From the NCBI GenBank assembly GCA_030295235.1, contig AP026146.1, forward strand, positions 310,001-374,000: 64,000 nucleotides of DNA, written 5' to 3'. The notes below the pieces were generated by a model. That model had not been told where the DNA came from, made no database searches, and saw only the letters and a list, made by a program, of their open reading frames with translations. This DNA is from Fistulifera solaris (taxonomy: Eukaryota). Below, piece after piece: positions 1 to 13,891 of this stretch; within the stretch, counting starts at the first letter, position 1; every line of letters begins with the position of its first letter. The position numbers were made by a program, and so were the translations under genes.

Positions 1-2729
1 CCGGATCTTGGCTGCTTCGGGGTAAATTTCCAAAAGTTTTCGAAGAACGCCGATACGCTGGTGATAGCTGCCGTCGCAACAATTGACGACATTTCCATCA
101 AGTAGTGACATCTTCTCTATTGGAATACTCGCTTCAATGTGTAAGGGGGTATTTCCTTCGACGTCAGCGACTCGAGCCTCCTCGGGAAACATGTGGAGGG
201 CTCTGTGAATATAGGCAGGGTCAATTCGAGCACCCTTGCGGTGCAGAGCGATACAAGCGCCAACAAGACTCTGCCCGTTGTTTTCATTCCCAGAAGGGCC
301 ATAATGCAGGATTTTGGCAAGGATTGATAATGTAGTGAAGCATCGCATCTGATACACATGAACGTTGTTATGCAAGGTACATGTGCTTCCTTTGCACAGC
401 TTCTGGTACTCTTCCATAGCAATCCCAATCGGAGTCTGCCCAGCAGTATTTTGAATCAAGATGGGGAAATTCGCCCGTTGCACGTTGCCAGCGCAGACTC
501 CAACCCAGCACTGCTAGCTAAAGCGACTTCTCTCACTACCTCTGGATTGACTTTACGCAATACTGCCAAGTGCAAAGGGGTATCGTCATACGTCGTTTTC
601 ATGTGCAAAGCATCAGGATACGCCCGGATGATTGCGCGAAGAGCTTCCACGTCCATCTCTTCCCGAATGGCTGAATGCAGCGGGGTATTTCCCATCAGAT
701 CGACATCGGAGAAAATCTGAGGTCCACACAAGCGAGAGAAAAGTGTGACGATTCGACTGCAGAATATTCAAAGTGAGTGAACTGAACTAGAAGCGATGAT
801 GCATAAGGGTAAACGAACGCAGACTCACTCGTCAATCCTTCCGTTCTTGCAAAGTATCTGGAGGGGTGAATAGCCCGCATTGTTGCGAACGGAAATCCAT
901 GAAGGATTTGAAGCCGCTAGAGATTCGATATGAGGGCGAGAGAAATCACGAAAGCAAGCAAGGTGGACTGTTTAATCAAGATGGTGAGCACACACACTAC
1001 AATATCCAATATCGATGATAGGATCGCACGACCAAACTTACGAGGTGTGTTTCCCACAGTACTTGTCAGAACTTTATCGCGCAATGGTGATGCATGCATC
1101 TCCTCGGCGCCATTCTCTTCGCGAAGCGTTTGATACGTCTTCGACAGGACATCAATAATGGCAACAGATGCGCTGGAATTATTACTGGCCAAGTGCATCG
1201 CAGACTCACCGCCATTTGTGAGTTTGAGGGCAGCTTGTGGGCACGCATAGAGCAGTTCACGAACAATCATACACTGCGCTTGGTAAGCCCGGCAGCTGCA
1301 GTGAATCGGTAAAAAACCATAGTCATTTGGCTGAAGCGTAGCAGCGGGATTGGCTTCTAGTAAAATCTTGACTGCCTCGACTGATTTATTGGCTGTGCAT
1401 GCCAATGAAAGTGCCGTGTCATGCTTTCGAGTTTGTAGAATTGCCGCCCGCTTCTCCACGTCCAACAAACACCTGACCACATCACTATCCGCACCGTTTT
1501 CGAGAGCGTGGTGCAATGGAAGGTAACCGTTGACATCCTGAATAAGCAGAGCTTCAGCCGCCGCACGGACCAGGGCTCCAACAATAGGAAAATGAATCGT
1601 ACGAGCGCCACGGCACACGAGATGGAGGGGCGTAGAGGAAGCATCCTGATCGGTCAGAGTGGCAGCGTTCGGGGCGGCCACTAGCAGACGCTTGATTGAC
1701 TCTACATCCTCGGCTGTGGTCGGATTTTGCTGACAAAGAATGTGCAATGGGGTTTTTCCCGAAATCAGAGAAACAATGCCCGCGGAGAAAGGGTCCCTCC
1801 TGGCGAAGAGGGCTATCACCGCGTGATTCGAGTTACTTGCGGCATAATGAAATGGTGTAAAACCACGAGCATCGGAACGGTCACGCAACTGAATCGATTC
1901 GGGCGCAAGATTTAGCAAGTATTCAGCAAGCTCAACGGATGCGTTTCTGCGTTGACAATGAAGATGCAGTGCAGTCTGACCCCACCTATTCAGCCGACTA
2001 ACAGATGTAGGGCTCGCACGGACGAGACGATCAATGACGCCAGGGGGTAACATGGTTTCAGGTGCTGCTAATGCGCAGTGAATGGGCAAATCTCCATCGC
2101 CATTTGCCATAGTTCCGATGGGAGGATAGGGCTCTAAAAGCACATCCAAAATCTGGCGCATATCCTCACTCTCAATATGACGAGTAGAAATACCCATGAA
2201 GAGTAAATGGAGAGGCGTATTCATTCGAAAATCCAGCTGAAGTGCACGGTATGTTCCCACTTCCATCATGGCGTGAATGACGTGACGACAACTACAACGC
2301 AAAGCCGCTTCGTGCAAAGGCGTCCGGTCCGTCCGAGGGCAACGGTACCCCACTTCTTCGGGGTTTTCCGTGATTCGCTGCACGATGGTCGAACAGCCGC
2401 GTCTTTTGACCCAGAGAGCACAGCGGAGCAAGGTAAGTCTTCGCGAACGAGGTCCATCAAAAGGAACTCGATTCTTCCTGTGCTTCTTCTGCCTCCATCC
2501 AAGCAGGTACGTCTTCACCTTCGATGACCCCTTGAGCAAATGGTGCGTCGTACATCCTCAATCTGTCTCTTCCTCGTATTATTCGCGCAAGTTGTCGTCG
2601 TCGATGACGTAGGACGTCATGTACGGGCACCGCAACAGGAAGGTTCGCGTCGTTGTTGGGCTCGTTCACTACCCCTTCGACCATGTCGATATCATCGTCA
2701 TCTTCAAGCCAATTCATGTCCAGATCCAT
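1..2729 (-). CDS. Multi-ankyrin-repeat protein (spliced; 3' end runs off the window)
   Basis: Many TPLH/TALH/LPLH ankyrin motifs in ORFs 917-2539 and 456-731. ATG at 2729. GT-AG intron 1041-968 and a second intron starting near 828. Apparent 1-nt indels near 2460 and 460; after correction the frame stays open to position 1. Confidence 0.85.
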
Positions 2730-3461
2730 TTTGCCAAAAGCCTTTTCCTTTTGTATCTGTTAGGAGGTCGTTCTGTTGCTTCTAGTGGCTTTTTGAATGA
2801 ATGAAAATGAATCTATCATTGACGAATGAATAGGAGCTCTGTGGTGACGATGAAGAAGGATTTCACACGCCGGACGCAACCAGCCAATAACCGACACGAG
2901 GTGGCAAGTGGCATTCAGAAACGCCAAAATGAGGAACGCTTCTCGCTTCACCAATCGTATTCCGTGTTTCTTCGGTAATTAAGGGGTCAAAAGAAAACCG
3001 TTATCATTATCACAGCAACTAATGACTCCTCCTCTCTCCTCTCGTCTCTCGTCCTACATTCTAAATAATAATAGCATAAGTAGGAAACAACCACAACGAA
3101 AATCGAAAACCTGTGACTGCGACGTCACCTATCGTGACTCATTTCGTGATGTGATCGTGTGTGGAATAGGAGGATTGTCAAGGAGAGGAAATAACCGCAC
3201 TAAAAATTAGGTCGGCTGGAGTCATATTTCTACTAATGGAACACACTAAAAGCACTACGCTTAAATTAGTTCTCAAAACATAAGCCGGTCTTATGGCGGT
3301 ATGGTTACGGCGGCAGCCAGATGAGGTTCTCCAGCATCAGAAATCTAAATGGTTAATCGAACTTCTGTCGGATCTTTGTACAATAGGGCAGCTTGGAGAT
3401 GAATAAGCTAGTACGCCATGAAGAATAGCCTGATTAAGAAATAATCGGCCTTTCAATCCCT

Positions 3462-5218
3462 CTATTTTTTCAGCAAAACGGTGAGACCACCTGACAAAAG
3501 TGTAGCGATAGACGCCGTCATAATGAGGCCTTCCATGTTTGCCCAGTCGTTATCCCGACTTGTACCGAACGCGCTCACCAACGGAACGGCCAAAAGAGAT
3601 CCAATCATTCCTCCAAAGTCTATACAACCAATAAGAGAGCCGTATCTTAAGCCGACAGAGTCGGACTCGTCCCAAGCAGATTGTGTAAAAGAGCGGGATC
3701 ATCGCTACTTTCCGATATGTAAGCTGTTGTGGTGGCAAGTATCACGTCGGGAAGAAATTTCCATTCGCTTGTTAGTGTCAAAAGTGACTTCAACGCCAAA
3801 ACAGAGACAAGCACGCTCCAACCAACGTGATTTCTTTCGCTTTCATCGTCGGTACCCGTCCGAAGCAACAACATTAAAAGACTGTTGGCGATGAAAAATC
3901 CGACAGCGGCAAATGTTGTGGTACCAACAATAACGAATAACATTCTCGTGTAGGCTCGGTGACATTTTCGAAAGAGTGCTCCATAGCTCCAGGAAGCAAG
4001 CGACAATACAAGCATGTCCCACACCGAAAGCATGGTAAGAAATGTGGGGGCCGTCGCAGCAAATGCATCATATATAAAGGACTCCATGATATAGGAGACA
4101 CTTGGAACAGCGTGACGAAGTATCAGATAGAGTCCAGTCCGGTGAGAGCGTGGCCACTTCTCTATGACATCTCTTGACGCGGAGCGAATCACAAGGCACC
4201 ACGAGGTTGCTAAAAGTAAAATCAATATCAACCAGAATGAAAATGCTGTCATCTTTTCCAGTGGTTGCTTCAGCAAAATGAGAAGGATAGTAATCTGTAA
4301 AAGAACGATCAACCGCACACTGGTTCTTTTCCAAGCCGTCGAGTGGCTAGCCATGTTTATGGTAATACCATTGTCCACGTCATCACGTTCAGCATTGTCT
4401 ACTTGCTCGTAAGATGATTTGTTGGCATGTATGAAGAATCCTCTCCGTGTTCCCACCTTCCGAATTTGGGCAATGACAGTTCCTACGATGTATACAACTC
4501 CCGTCAGAAACAGCAATTCCTTAACAATCCGGTCATTGAGCTTTCCATTCCAGCTAATGTTATGTCTATCATTCGAAGAACCTTCGATGATCATCCACAA
4601 ACATACCAAGAGATACGCTACAAGCGACCCAACGTTCCGATGCGTCGCGGCTTGGGATTGCAAGGCAGCCACGGTCACGCCTACACACGGACCCCAACAC
4701 GGAGCTTCATCCACTAACGTCAGTCCCAACAAAAATTCGGCCCAGGCATTGGACAAGCAATTGGTAAAGGCGATGAGAAAGCAACCAACGATTCCCTGGA
4801 TCCACGCCGTTGCCGTAATCGAGAGAGCCCCTATCAGCAAGAAGGTGGAGATCAGGTTGTGTCTTCCAAACGACCCGATCAGGGTGCTGCTACTGAGTAC
4901 CGCGTAAATTGGTTTGAGTGAAAAGGGCAGAAAGGAAACCGCCGCGTAGGTCGGGAGGAGCGACAAGGGCATCTCCACTCGTGTGTTGACAATGTAAAGT
5001 AAGGATGTAGCCGGTAATGCCATGGTAACACCATTGATCGCAAATAGCATCGCGAGCGGTTTTGATAAAGTAGGCGCGTCTGGCTCCTCCGATGCATCGT
5101 TGACGACAAGAAGTTGCTCCTCAATATTCATCGTCGTCTCGTGAAATGATGATTCATTCGGAGCGTCTCTTTCCTGGTGATCGTCGCTTATCTCGAGCGG
5201 GACTCTACAAGTTTTCAT
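3462..5218 (-). CDS. BT1/folate-biopterin transporter-like MFS membrane protein
   Basis: Many TM helices and an LPFSLKPIYA motif (BT1-like PW-x-xKP-x-xG). A frameshift near 3670 continues the protein as VGLRYGSLIGCIDFGGMIG...DNDWANMEGL to a TAG at 3462. Confidence 0.65.
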
Positions 5219-5934
5219 TTAATAGCTCCTCATATTTCAAGATTTTTTACGAAAAGGGTAGGTTTTTATTGTCGTTCTCAAAGAGTTGAAAAGAATGGTG
5301 GACCCCACTTTTCCGACGATGAACGTGCTTCTACTTCTAGTCACTCGTGACTCGTGACTGAACAAATGCGGGCTCAAACAAGAATAAGTGCTGCTGAAGG
5401 ACCGTACCGAGGACAATCCGAACTAGCTAGGAACAAGGATGACGTAGGAAAGACGTAGGACGAAAGAACAAAGAACAAAGAACAACCAAAGGATGGAAGA
5501 TGTACCGGTACCGGTACCGGTACCGCATCGGTACTGTAGCGACCATAGCTGATAATGCGAAGCTTTCGTGACGATGGGGGATTGGAAATTTTGCATTTGA
5601 GTATCTACAGAAGTGTACACCTTCATTCGTATTCGTGATACAGAATACCGCCGCCAAGCACCAAGCATCACCCGATGATCCTCCACACAATGTTTTTCAC
5701 GTCCCGAACGCGAAGGAACAACCGCAACCTCTTTCATACCTTCTAACATCCGCTTTCCATTTTGCCTTTTTCTTGGTGAAAACTTCGGTTTTGTTTCTGA
5801 ATTGTATCTTATAACAGTCCTTTGCTCTTTCTTTGCAAACCAATCGCTTTGCATTTGTTCCCTTCCGAAAGGATTTTACAAAGCAGAGTAATCTTTTCAT
5901 CGCGTCTTTCCTTGCTTGGCCTCTTTGAAACATC

Positions 5935-7134
5935 ATGTGTGCAGCGCTACCTACACCCGATATTCCAGAAGCTTCTTTAGAAATAGAAGAGGACTGGGAA
6001 GAATGGGACGGTAGATCTCCGTTTTGGATTCATTGTGTTGCCGGAAGTCTTGCCGGAGTGTCCGAGGTGAGTAGTGACTTTTAATTTTTGAATCCGTTGT
6101 GAAACGAAAATGCCTAATATCATCTTACTCACGGTATATTGTCACAGCACACGCTTGTTTATCCTCTAGATACAGTACGGACACATATTCAAGTGTGTGC
6201 ATCTTGCCTAGGACGAAACAATAACACTTCTGTGCTTCCGCAAAGCAAGGATGCCTCCTTGTTGCGATCGGCGTTGCAAAGCAAAACAACTGTACCACAA
6301 ACTCTTCCAACGGGAGTGTTTCAGACGATTCGCTATTTAGTGAGTCAGCCAGTATTAGAACTCTCGGCGACGGAAGTAGCGGCTCAAGGCACAACACAAC
6401 AATATACTCAGGGTTGGACTCGACTCTGGCGTGGCGTACAAACCATGTTCATTGGTTGCATCCCCGCGCACGCCCTCTATTTTAGTTCGTACGAAATGGT
6501 GAAAGGCTTGAATATGTCGGAGGATGGAGAAGTTTCGGCCGTTGGTTCGTCCATGGCGGGAGCTGCCGCCACTGTTTCTCATGATTGCATCATGACACCG
6601 CTCGATACCATTAAACAACGAATGCAATTGGGTCATTACAATGGGAGTGTCCGAGCCGCCGTTCAGCAAATAGCAGCCACAGAAGGATGGTTTGCGCTAT
6701 ATCGAAGTTTTCCGGTCACTCTCGTCACCAACATTCCCTACGGTATGATCATGGTTTCCACGAACGAAATGGTCAAACAGGCTTGGACGGATGCGGGTAC
6801 CGCGTCGTCCTTACAAACTGTCTTGGCAGCGAGTTCGGCGGGAGGATGCTTGGCGGCGGCTTTGACGACGCCGCTCGATCGCATCAAAACCATGTTACAG
6901 ACCCAACAATTGACGCCAATTTGTGCCCGGACGGCCAGCGTCTGTCCTCGCGTGGCGGTCGTGCAGCACGCGAGTTGGTACGATGCCGCTCGAACGATTG
7001 CGCAAACCGAGGGTGTCGCGGGATTTTTTCGTGGGTTAACGCCACGCGTATTGAGTCATACACCGGCCGTCGCCATTAGTTGGACTACGTATGAAACTTT
7101 GAAGCAATACTTACTGCGTCAATACGGATATTGA
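5935..7134 (+). CDS. Mitochondrial carrier (SLC25), mitoferrin/Mrs3-4-like
   Basis: Exon 1 5935-6066 (EDWEE...HCVAGSLAGVSE), intron 6067-6147. Three Px[D/E]xx[K/R] signatures (YPLDTVRT, TPLDTIKQR, TPLDRIKT). IPAHALYFSSYE and SHD motifs are typical of mitoferrins. Confidence 0.9.
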
Positions 7135-7552
7135 AAACAGGAGAGGGTATTCTTTGTAACCAATCATTTTTAACGAAAATAACTTGCTACAATCTGCTTT
7201 ATTTTACTCAGATTCGAACAATGATCTATTATTAAAAGGACGATGATGTTTGAACTCTAGAGAAATACAACGACGATTTTAAAAAAGGTCTAATTTTGGG
7301 GACGAAGCTTCAGCACCTTTAGGAAAAGCTGAATGTCCTATGTATGAATACACTCCATTTAGGGGGGAACTATATCGCAAGTAAATCTTAGGAGGTTTCC
7401 TTTTTCTGTAGGTTTTGGAGACATGAGCGTCGAGTTTTTAGGCCGCGACTGTGTCACGTCGTGACAACTTTCCTCAAAAATTAGAGCTTATCGCTTGTCA
7501 ATTATTGTGCTTCAATCAAAGATGAAAGTCTCATTAGTAGCGTTTCAAAGCT

Positions 7553-7873
7553 GGCCTTGACTATAGGTCTAATGACGTCGGAAAAACTGGTTCCCCGTTG
7601 GCCTGGCGTTTTGCTATTGACCAAAGTGTATGTTTAACTGTGCCAAGACTCGACTTCGGTCATGAGAGTCGCTGCTAATTTGTTGGCATCATCTAGCCTC
7701 TATTTTTCTTAAATGTTAAATGGACTTCTCACTTTTGGCGTTTTTCGCAGAATACGAATGCAGGCCTTGCCTAACTACGTCGAAAATGTTGGGGGCTCAC
7801 TGTCGTAGCTTTTTACTGTTGTAGACCAAAGTGTAGACTCTTGGGTGCCACGACTGACTCGACTTCAGTCATG
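7553..7873. repeat. Degenerate intergenic direct repeat (~110 bp x2: 7553-7664 and 7763-7873)
   Basis: Shared blocks in the same order: ggccttg, acgtcg(g)aaaa, gaccaaagtgta, gtgcca, gactcgacttc(g/a)gtcatg. Confidence 0.6.
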
Positions 7874-8276
7874 GTTGAGGTGATTTTTCAAGCTCAATAT
7901 GAATCCCTGCTCACTATTCCATCCGCTGAGTTTATCATCATGGAAATACCATTATGTAGATGAAAGTCCGTTTTAAAGCATTTGCTATCCAGGTCTCGAC
8001 TCTCGATTAAAATCAATGTCGAAACTTTTACCAGGTGTTCGTCCGTCCGTCTACAGCAATCAAAACGTATGTACGGTGTACGGCACTTGCCAGGAATGCC
8101 GCGAAACGAGACCAGGTACCTGGTAACGACGCCGTTTTTGTGTGAAAACGGGTTGTTTGCGACCAAAATAATGCCGCTGCTAATCTCCATTCACAGTGCT
8201 ATCCTTGTTAAAGAGACGATCAATTTGTAATTTAAACAATTGTGAGATCGCTGTGCTAGGTGAAGAAATAGCCAGC

Positions 8277-8704
8277 ATGTCGGAAGGCGCATCAGAGCAC
8301 GCTACAGACCTCAAGTCGGGGCCTTTCTCCGTGCTCTTTAAAGCAGTTCAGGGGAACACGCAAATTCTGGTCAATGTGCGAAATAACCACAAGGTTCTTG
8401 GCCGTGTGAAGGCCTATGATCGTCATATGAACTTGTAAGTAACTTACCCGCCCGTTGAAATCGGAAGTTTGCATGATCAAAGTATGAGATTCTGAGTCAA
8501 TCATTGCTAACGTTTTTCTTCTTAACAAAGATTACTAGAAGATGTCAAAGAAATGTGGACCGAAACATCAAAAGGAGGAAAGGGAAAGAGTAAAGGAATT
8601 GCTGTCAATAAAGATCGATATGTGAGCAAGATGTTTTTAAGAGGTGACTCAGTAATCCTCATAGTCAGCAATCCTGCTGCTTTAGCACAACCGCAAAAGA
8701 CTAA
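8277..8704 (+). CDS. SNRPD2: Small nuclear ribonucleoprotein Sm D2
   Basis: [39 protein letters not shown], intron 8435-8530, then [10 protein letters not shown]...[21 protein letters not shown]. The stop is inferred near 8704, assuming a 1-nt loss in an A-run. Confidence 0.93.
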
Positions 8705-8798
8705 GCTCTTTCTTATGAATCTGATTCTTTGTAAAAATCATAAGAAGTATTCAAAAAATGTCGAAAAAAAGCAATTTTATCGTTTAATGATTGCCTAT

Positions 8799-9756
8799 TT
8801 AGTTGGCAGCTGCTTGTTCAGCAGTCACCTTGGCAGATCGGCGAGACGATCGTCGCTTGCTAATCATGGAGCGGCGGGCTTCTCGCTGTTCAGCAGTACG
8901 CTGGGCAACAACCTTCTTGTAAGCGGCAGCCTCATCACGGTTCTTCTTGATGGACGCCATCATTGCAGACTTGCGTTGTCTCTTGCGCTGAAGGGTGAGA
9001 GGAGTCACCAAACGCTGGATCTTGGGTGCCTTGCGGACAGTAACACCCTTCTTGTTGGTGAAAGTACGAGCAATCACGTACTTGCGGACATCATCCTCCT
9101 TGGTCAAGTTGAAAAGCTTGCGAATGTTGTTCGCTCGCTTGGGGCCCAATCGGCGGGGAACGGTGTCATCGGTCAATCCAGGAACCGTATTCTCACCAAT
9201 TTGTGTAACGACCAAGTTAAGGACAGCAATGTCGTTACCAACAATGCAACCACGCACAGACTTGCGCTTGCGCTCACCAGCACGTCGCTGACGATAAGCC
9301 TTGTGGCCCTTTTTACACAACAAGCGAACACGAGTGTTGGTCAAAACACCCTGACGCATGGGGAAACCCTGCTTATCGTTACCACCACTAATGCGGAAAA
9401 TGTAGCCATTGTATTCCTCACCTAGAACGCCGCCATCAACTTCCTGTGAAATACGACGATCGAACAAACTCTGGAGCTTGCGTTCATCATCAATCTCGAT
9501 GACTTTTTGCATTCCCTTTTCGGGACAAGCGATGTTGATCTGTAAAATTCAAGATACAGAGAGTGAGAAACTTAGATAAATTTGTATGTGATGGGCGCGA
9601 CTAAGCAACATGACGGATTTAAATCAGCGATCAGCTTCAGGAAACAATATCGTTGACCAAAAATGCCGAAAGGTGGCCCTCTCTCTCAATGAAAAGCTTA
9701 TCACTATACTACAGCACCACCAACAGTAAATCAACTCTCATTTATCGCACCTTCAT
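8799..9756 (-). CDS. RPS6: 40S ribosomal protein S6 (eS6)
   Basis: MK exon 9751-9756, intron 9750-9540, then INIACP...[17 protein letters not shown]...[11 protein letters not shown]...[16 protein letters not shown]...[11 protein letters not shown]. Confidence 0.98.
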
Positions 9757-10367
9757 GATTGTTTAGTATTTAATTGCTAAATGGATCAGATGTATCCCCT
9801 GCACCACGATGAGACGTTTTAGAGCACGTTTATCATAGACAACATCCTCGCGATCGTCGTCCGCTGAAAAAACAAGAAAAGCGGTAAACGGTAAAAGGGC
9901 GGTGATGGATGGGCAGACCATTCATGACTGAAATCAAGTCGTATCGAAAACCAACAAACACTTTAGGCGGAAGGATATACAACGTCCATAATGGAACGCT
10001 GCATATCCAATTTTCATTTAAGGCAACTTGCTATAAAGGAGTTATATTCATGGACCTTCGCTTTTTGTGGAAAAGTAAGAAAGTGAGTAACACTCCTCCC
10101 TTGTATGACTCATGACTAAATGCAGTCATGAGATAAGGTTGCTTACATATTTGGGCTATAGTAAACTTTGTTCGGTTGTGGATCTTGTGATAGCTTGAGT
10201 TGAAGGGCATTTAGATGACGTCGATAGAGAAATGATGTACGTGCTTGACAAGCGACTTAAATTATTTACTACGTTTATTTAGGCACTAGAATACTTCTGG
10301 CGATGATTAGGTACGATAAACACCGAAATGCATGCTGGCAAGCTCATGCGCAAATGCATAACCGAAA

Positions 10368-12729
10368 TTAGTTTCCGATCAAACGGTCATACTCGGCGAT
10401 TGTGTAAAGCTTGACGAAAAAGTTGATACCCAGGATCACGGCGACTGCTCCGCCTAGAAGAAGGGGTCCCGTCGGATCATCCCATCGACCAGGAATACGC
10501 GTCTTGATGCGATCTGCCCGCCAAAGGAACGTATGCAGCGCATAGACACAAAAGCCTAAGGCAATCGGCATCAGTGCCAGCGCATACCACTCCGCCCAAG
10601 AATTACCAGAGTTCTTCGAAAATGAAAGAATTCCACCGGCAATCGAGGACAATATAACCCCATGATGCAACCAGTGCAGAAATGTTCTTTCATTAGCCAG
10701 GAAAACCTTTGGTTCAATCTTTTGGACAGATGTCGGTGCCAGCAGTTCCACACTGCTGTTTGCCCTACTGCAAAACGGGAATGGCCAGCTGCACTCCGTA
10801 TCACCATCCATATCATCTTCCAGTTCCACTAATGCCTCTTCTTCGCCAAAGTTGAGACCATATGCTAGGGTATTGTTGTTTCCATTCTTTTGCAAAAGCG
10901 GAGCTTTCTCGCCCACCCGTCCTTTGGACGCTTCTTTGTCAGCTGATGTTCGTCCGATAGCCGTTTCGATACGGTTGTTTACGCTTGTTCCAAAGGGTAG
11001 CAAATGATCATAAATTGCATTGGCTCCAGGACCGACACCGACATCTTCGGTAGCCAAAATGCGCGCAGCGCCACTGTCGATTATACTTTGTCTCAACGAG
11101 ATATCATCGGTCCAGAAGGGCACAGCTTGAACATCTTCGGGTAACAGCACCGCGCAACCATGGACGTACTTTGAATATTTGTGACATTCGTACAACATAC
11201 CCGAGTTCTGCAAATCGGTGACCCACTGTGGAGGAGTCATGTTCTCCGGGGTCATCTCCAGCTTGATTTCGAGGACGGCATGTGGGAACCGGTGAATTTC
11301 GTCCTTTCCAAGACCCAGCTTTTGTCACGGTGCCATACAGCCATATTCTGCAAATCATATCCTCGCTCTGAAATCATACACAAGTTGGTGTCGAGCGAAA
11401 CGCGAACCGTCGCGTCAAAGGGGATTTGAAACGCCGTGCGCATGCACTGGGTACGGACAGTGGGTACCAACTGCTTCACGGCAATCACCTGGGTGATTTC
11501 CCTCACTAGTTGCTCCCATTCGGCAACTTCCTTCTCGGATTTACCCTTATCCAGCATTTCCTTCTTCTTCTTTTCAATAGGGTAAGTATTCGTAAGAACT
11601 TGTTGCACTTCAAATTCGTCAATCTGTCAACAACAAGGCAAAAATTAGCTCACGTCAACAGCATGGCGCGCTTCCTAAATTGACATCACAGATATACTTA
11701 CGATAAAACGCTCTTTGACACTGGCCTCTCCCATCCATTTTTCACAGTGTGTTTTGCGCTCGACGAAAACCGTCTTCGGATCTTCCGGACCGTACCATCG
11801 CAATCGAAGCGCAATTGCACCCGGCGTCTTATCCAAACGTCCGTGATACAGCTCCAACTGATCGTTATCGAGATATACCGAATTCGTGAACTGTGAGTCC
11901 GACTCGCCCGTACTTGTCTTTTGGAGAAACACGGGCAGATGTCGCAAGACGGCATATTTGACGCGGGAGACATCTTCGGTTTTCACCCAATACTTGGTCG
12001 TTGTTCGAGTAAACGACTGATTGGCACCTCCCGTGTTGTCAGCGGCCGTCTTGTCATCACGCAGAGCCGAGTAAATATCGGACAGTCGCACCACAATGTC
12101 GGAATAGTCCCCACGGACCCAGGCTTGCGAATGCAAACGATTGACATAAAAGTTCTTGCAGGGGTTGTATTCCTTCAAATTTTTGTCGTGTTTTTTCAAT
12201 ATTTTGTGAAATCCCATAAAGTTGATATTTACGTATTTCTCCAGTCGCAAGAAATGGTTGGCGATTTCGTCAGCGGCCTTTTCCAAATCTGCCGAATGTT
12301 GCCCCTTGGCATTATTGCTTTTCACGAGTTGCTCGGCTTTGGTAATTTGCTCGCGAAGCTTCGTTACTTGCTGCAGGGTGAACTTTTCTACTTTCATCAT
12401 TTCGTGTTCGAGAAGCGTGAGGAAGGATTCTTGTGTCAGTTCTACTTTGCTTGTGTCGAGACCTTGCTGATTCGTCGGGGGAGGAGCCGTCATCGAAACG
12501 ACACGAGCAGTTTCATCGGCACTTGGTAGAAAAGAAAGAAGCAACGAACGACTCACTCGAGTGAGAAGAAAAGTGATCCAGATCCTTGATAACCATTAAA
12601 GTTAACTTACCGACTCGGCTTGAGCCTACTGAGCTCAGTGATGATCTCATCTAATCGACTGTAATCGAGATACGGTTCGGGGCCGAATGCGGGCTCGATA
12701 TTTTCTTTCAAATGCTCTCCGTACTTCAT
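10368..12729 (-). CDS. VTC4: Vacuolar transporter chaperone polyphosphate polymerase (SPX + VTC + DUF202 TM)
   Basis: SPX domain (MKYGEHL..YLDY, NFMGFHKILKKHDK). VTC core (TTTKYWV, LRLRWYG, VERKTH, RTAFQ, RVSLDTNL, VLEIKL, KYSKYVHG). C-terminal EPKVFLANERTFLHW. Introns 12610-12522 and 11701-11624; 1-nt indel near 11305. Confidence 0.88.
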
Positions 12730-13891
12730 GGGTTCAAAGGAGTTATCGTAAGGGGGCCAAAACCAACGTAAGAAAAAAAATTGGACTAGGAAAGACAACA
12801 AGATGTGCAGCGACAGCGGCAAAGATTGAATCTCCGCGTCAACAAAAAAAAAGAGAAAGAAAAAGGGAAGCACCAGACGCGAGTGCAGGTGCAGAGCTCG
12901 CACATCCGATGTCCGATGTCACTATGATTGGGGTGTACTAAGCGGCATTCATCCGGTCCTTATTCTTACACTGTAGCAGATTGCCTTTTCGGAAAAGTGA
13001 TCAAAACTGGCATCTCAACTCTTTCAGCCACAGTATTTCAATTTGAAGATTCACGATAGATTCATTCTCCTTAGCTACAGTATTGACATGTCTATCCTAG
13101 ATTATTTGCCCAACTCAACAAAGCGGTTTCACTCTACTATTCGAAAAGGAAGAGCTCTCGCGCAAGTCTAGAGCATTGCGGGATAAATGAAAGAGAAAGC
13201 GATGGTTCGATCGAACGAACGGAAAAGACGAATGGCGTTATTATTGCGAATCCGCACAACCAACATCGCCCTTGTACCAGATTATCATATTTGTGTACAA
13301 ATTTCATTATTTCATGAATATGCTTCTCAGGAGAGCGACTAAACATCGGCTTGAACAAAACGACGCTCGAGACTCATGACTGAATTTGCAGTCGTGGTAA
13401 TGTTGATACTACACTTTCGACTATAGTAATGGGGAAAAGCAAAAGCGTTCCGCTAGGTTTTTCGACATCAAAAACAAAGACGTACGTTGCACATGCTTGT
13501 TGATGTATATTTCATCGTGGTAACGACAGAAGGAGCTAGCCAAATTGGCGGAACGAATGGTTTCCAATTCAGTCTGGCTTGAAAAATCGTTATTGGTGAC
13601 TGCAATCCAATCATGGTTACTTTAGCCTTGTAGGAACGCAACACATGCGGGAGTAAAATGCACTTTCGTCGCAAGCAATAGAAGCATGTATCCGACCAAT
13701 AAATTGGAGAACAAAAGGAGGCTTAGCTAGAAACACGTTCAGTCAAAATATACGGAATACGAGCCGGGTACGAGAATTGAGAAGCCAATACTACGGACAA
13801 ATTTTTGAAAGTTACCTTTGTTATTATGACATAACTTTCTCGTCTGTAACTCATGCATCTAGGTATTAGTTAATTCATACAAAAGGCCGGT

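Noticed and set aside
8553..9425. SmD2 ORF extending ~240 aa antisense through RPS6
   Set aside because: The Sm fold is complete by ~8690. One added A in the A-run gives a stop at ~8704, and the extension is just the open antisense frame of a codon-biased gene.
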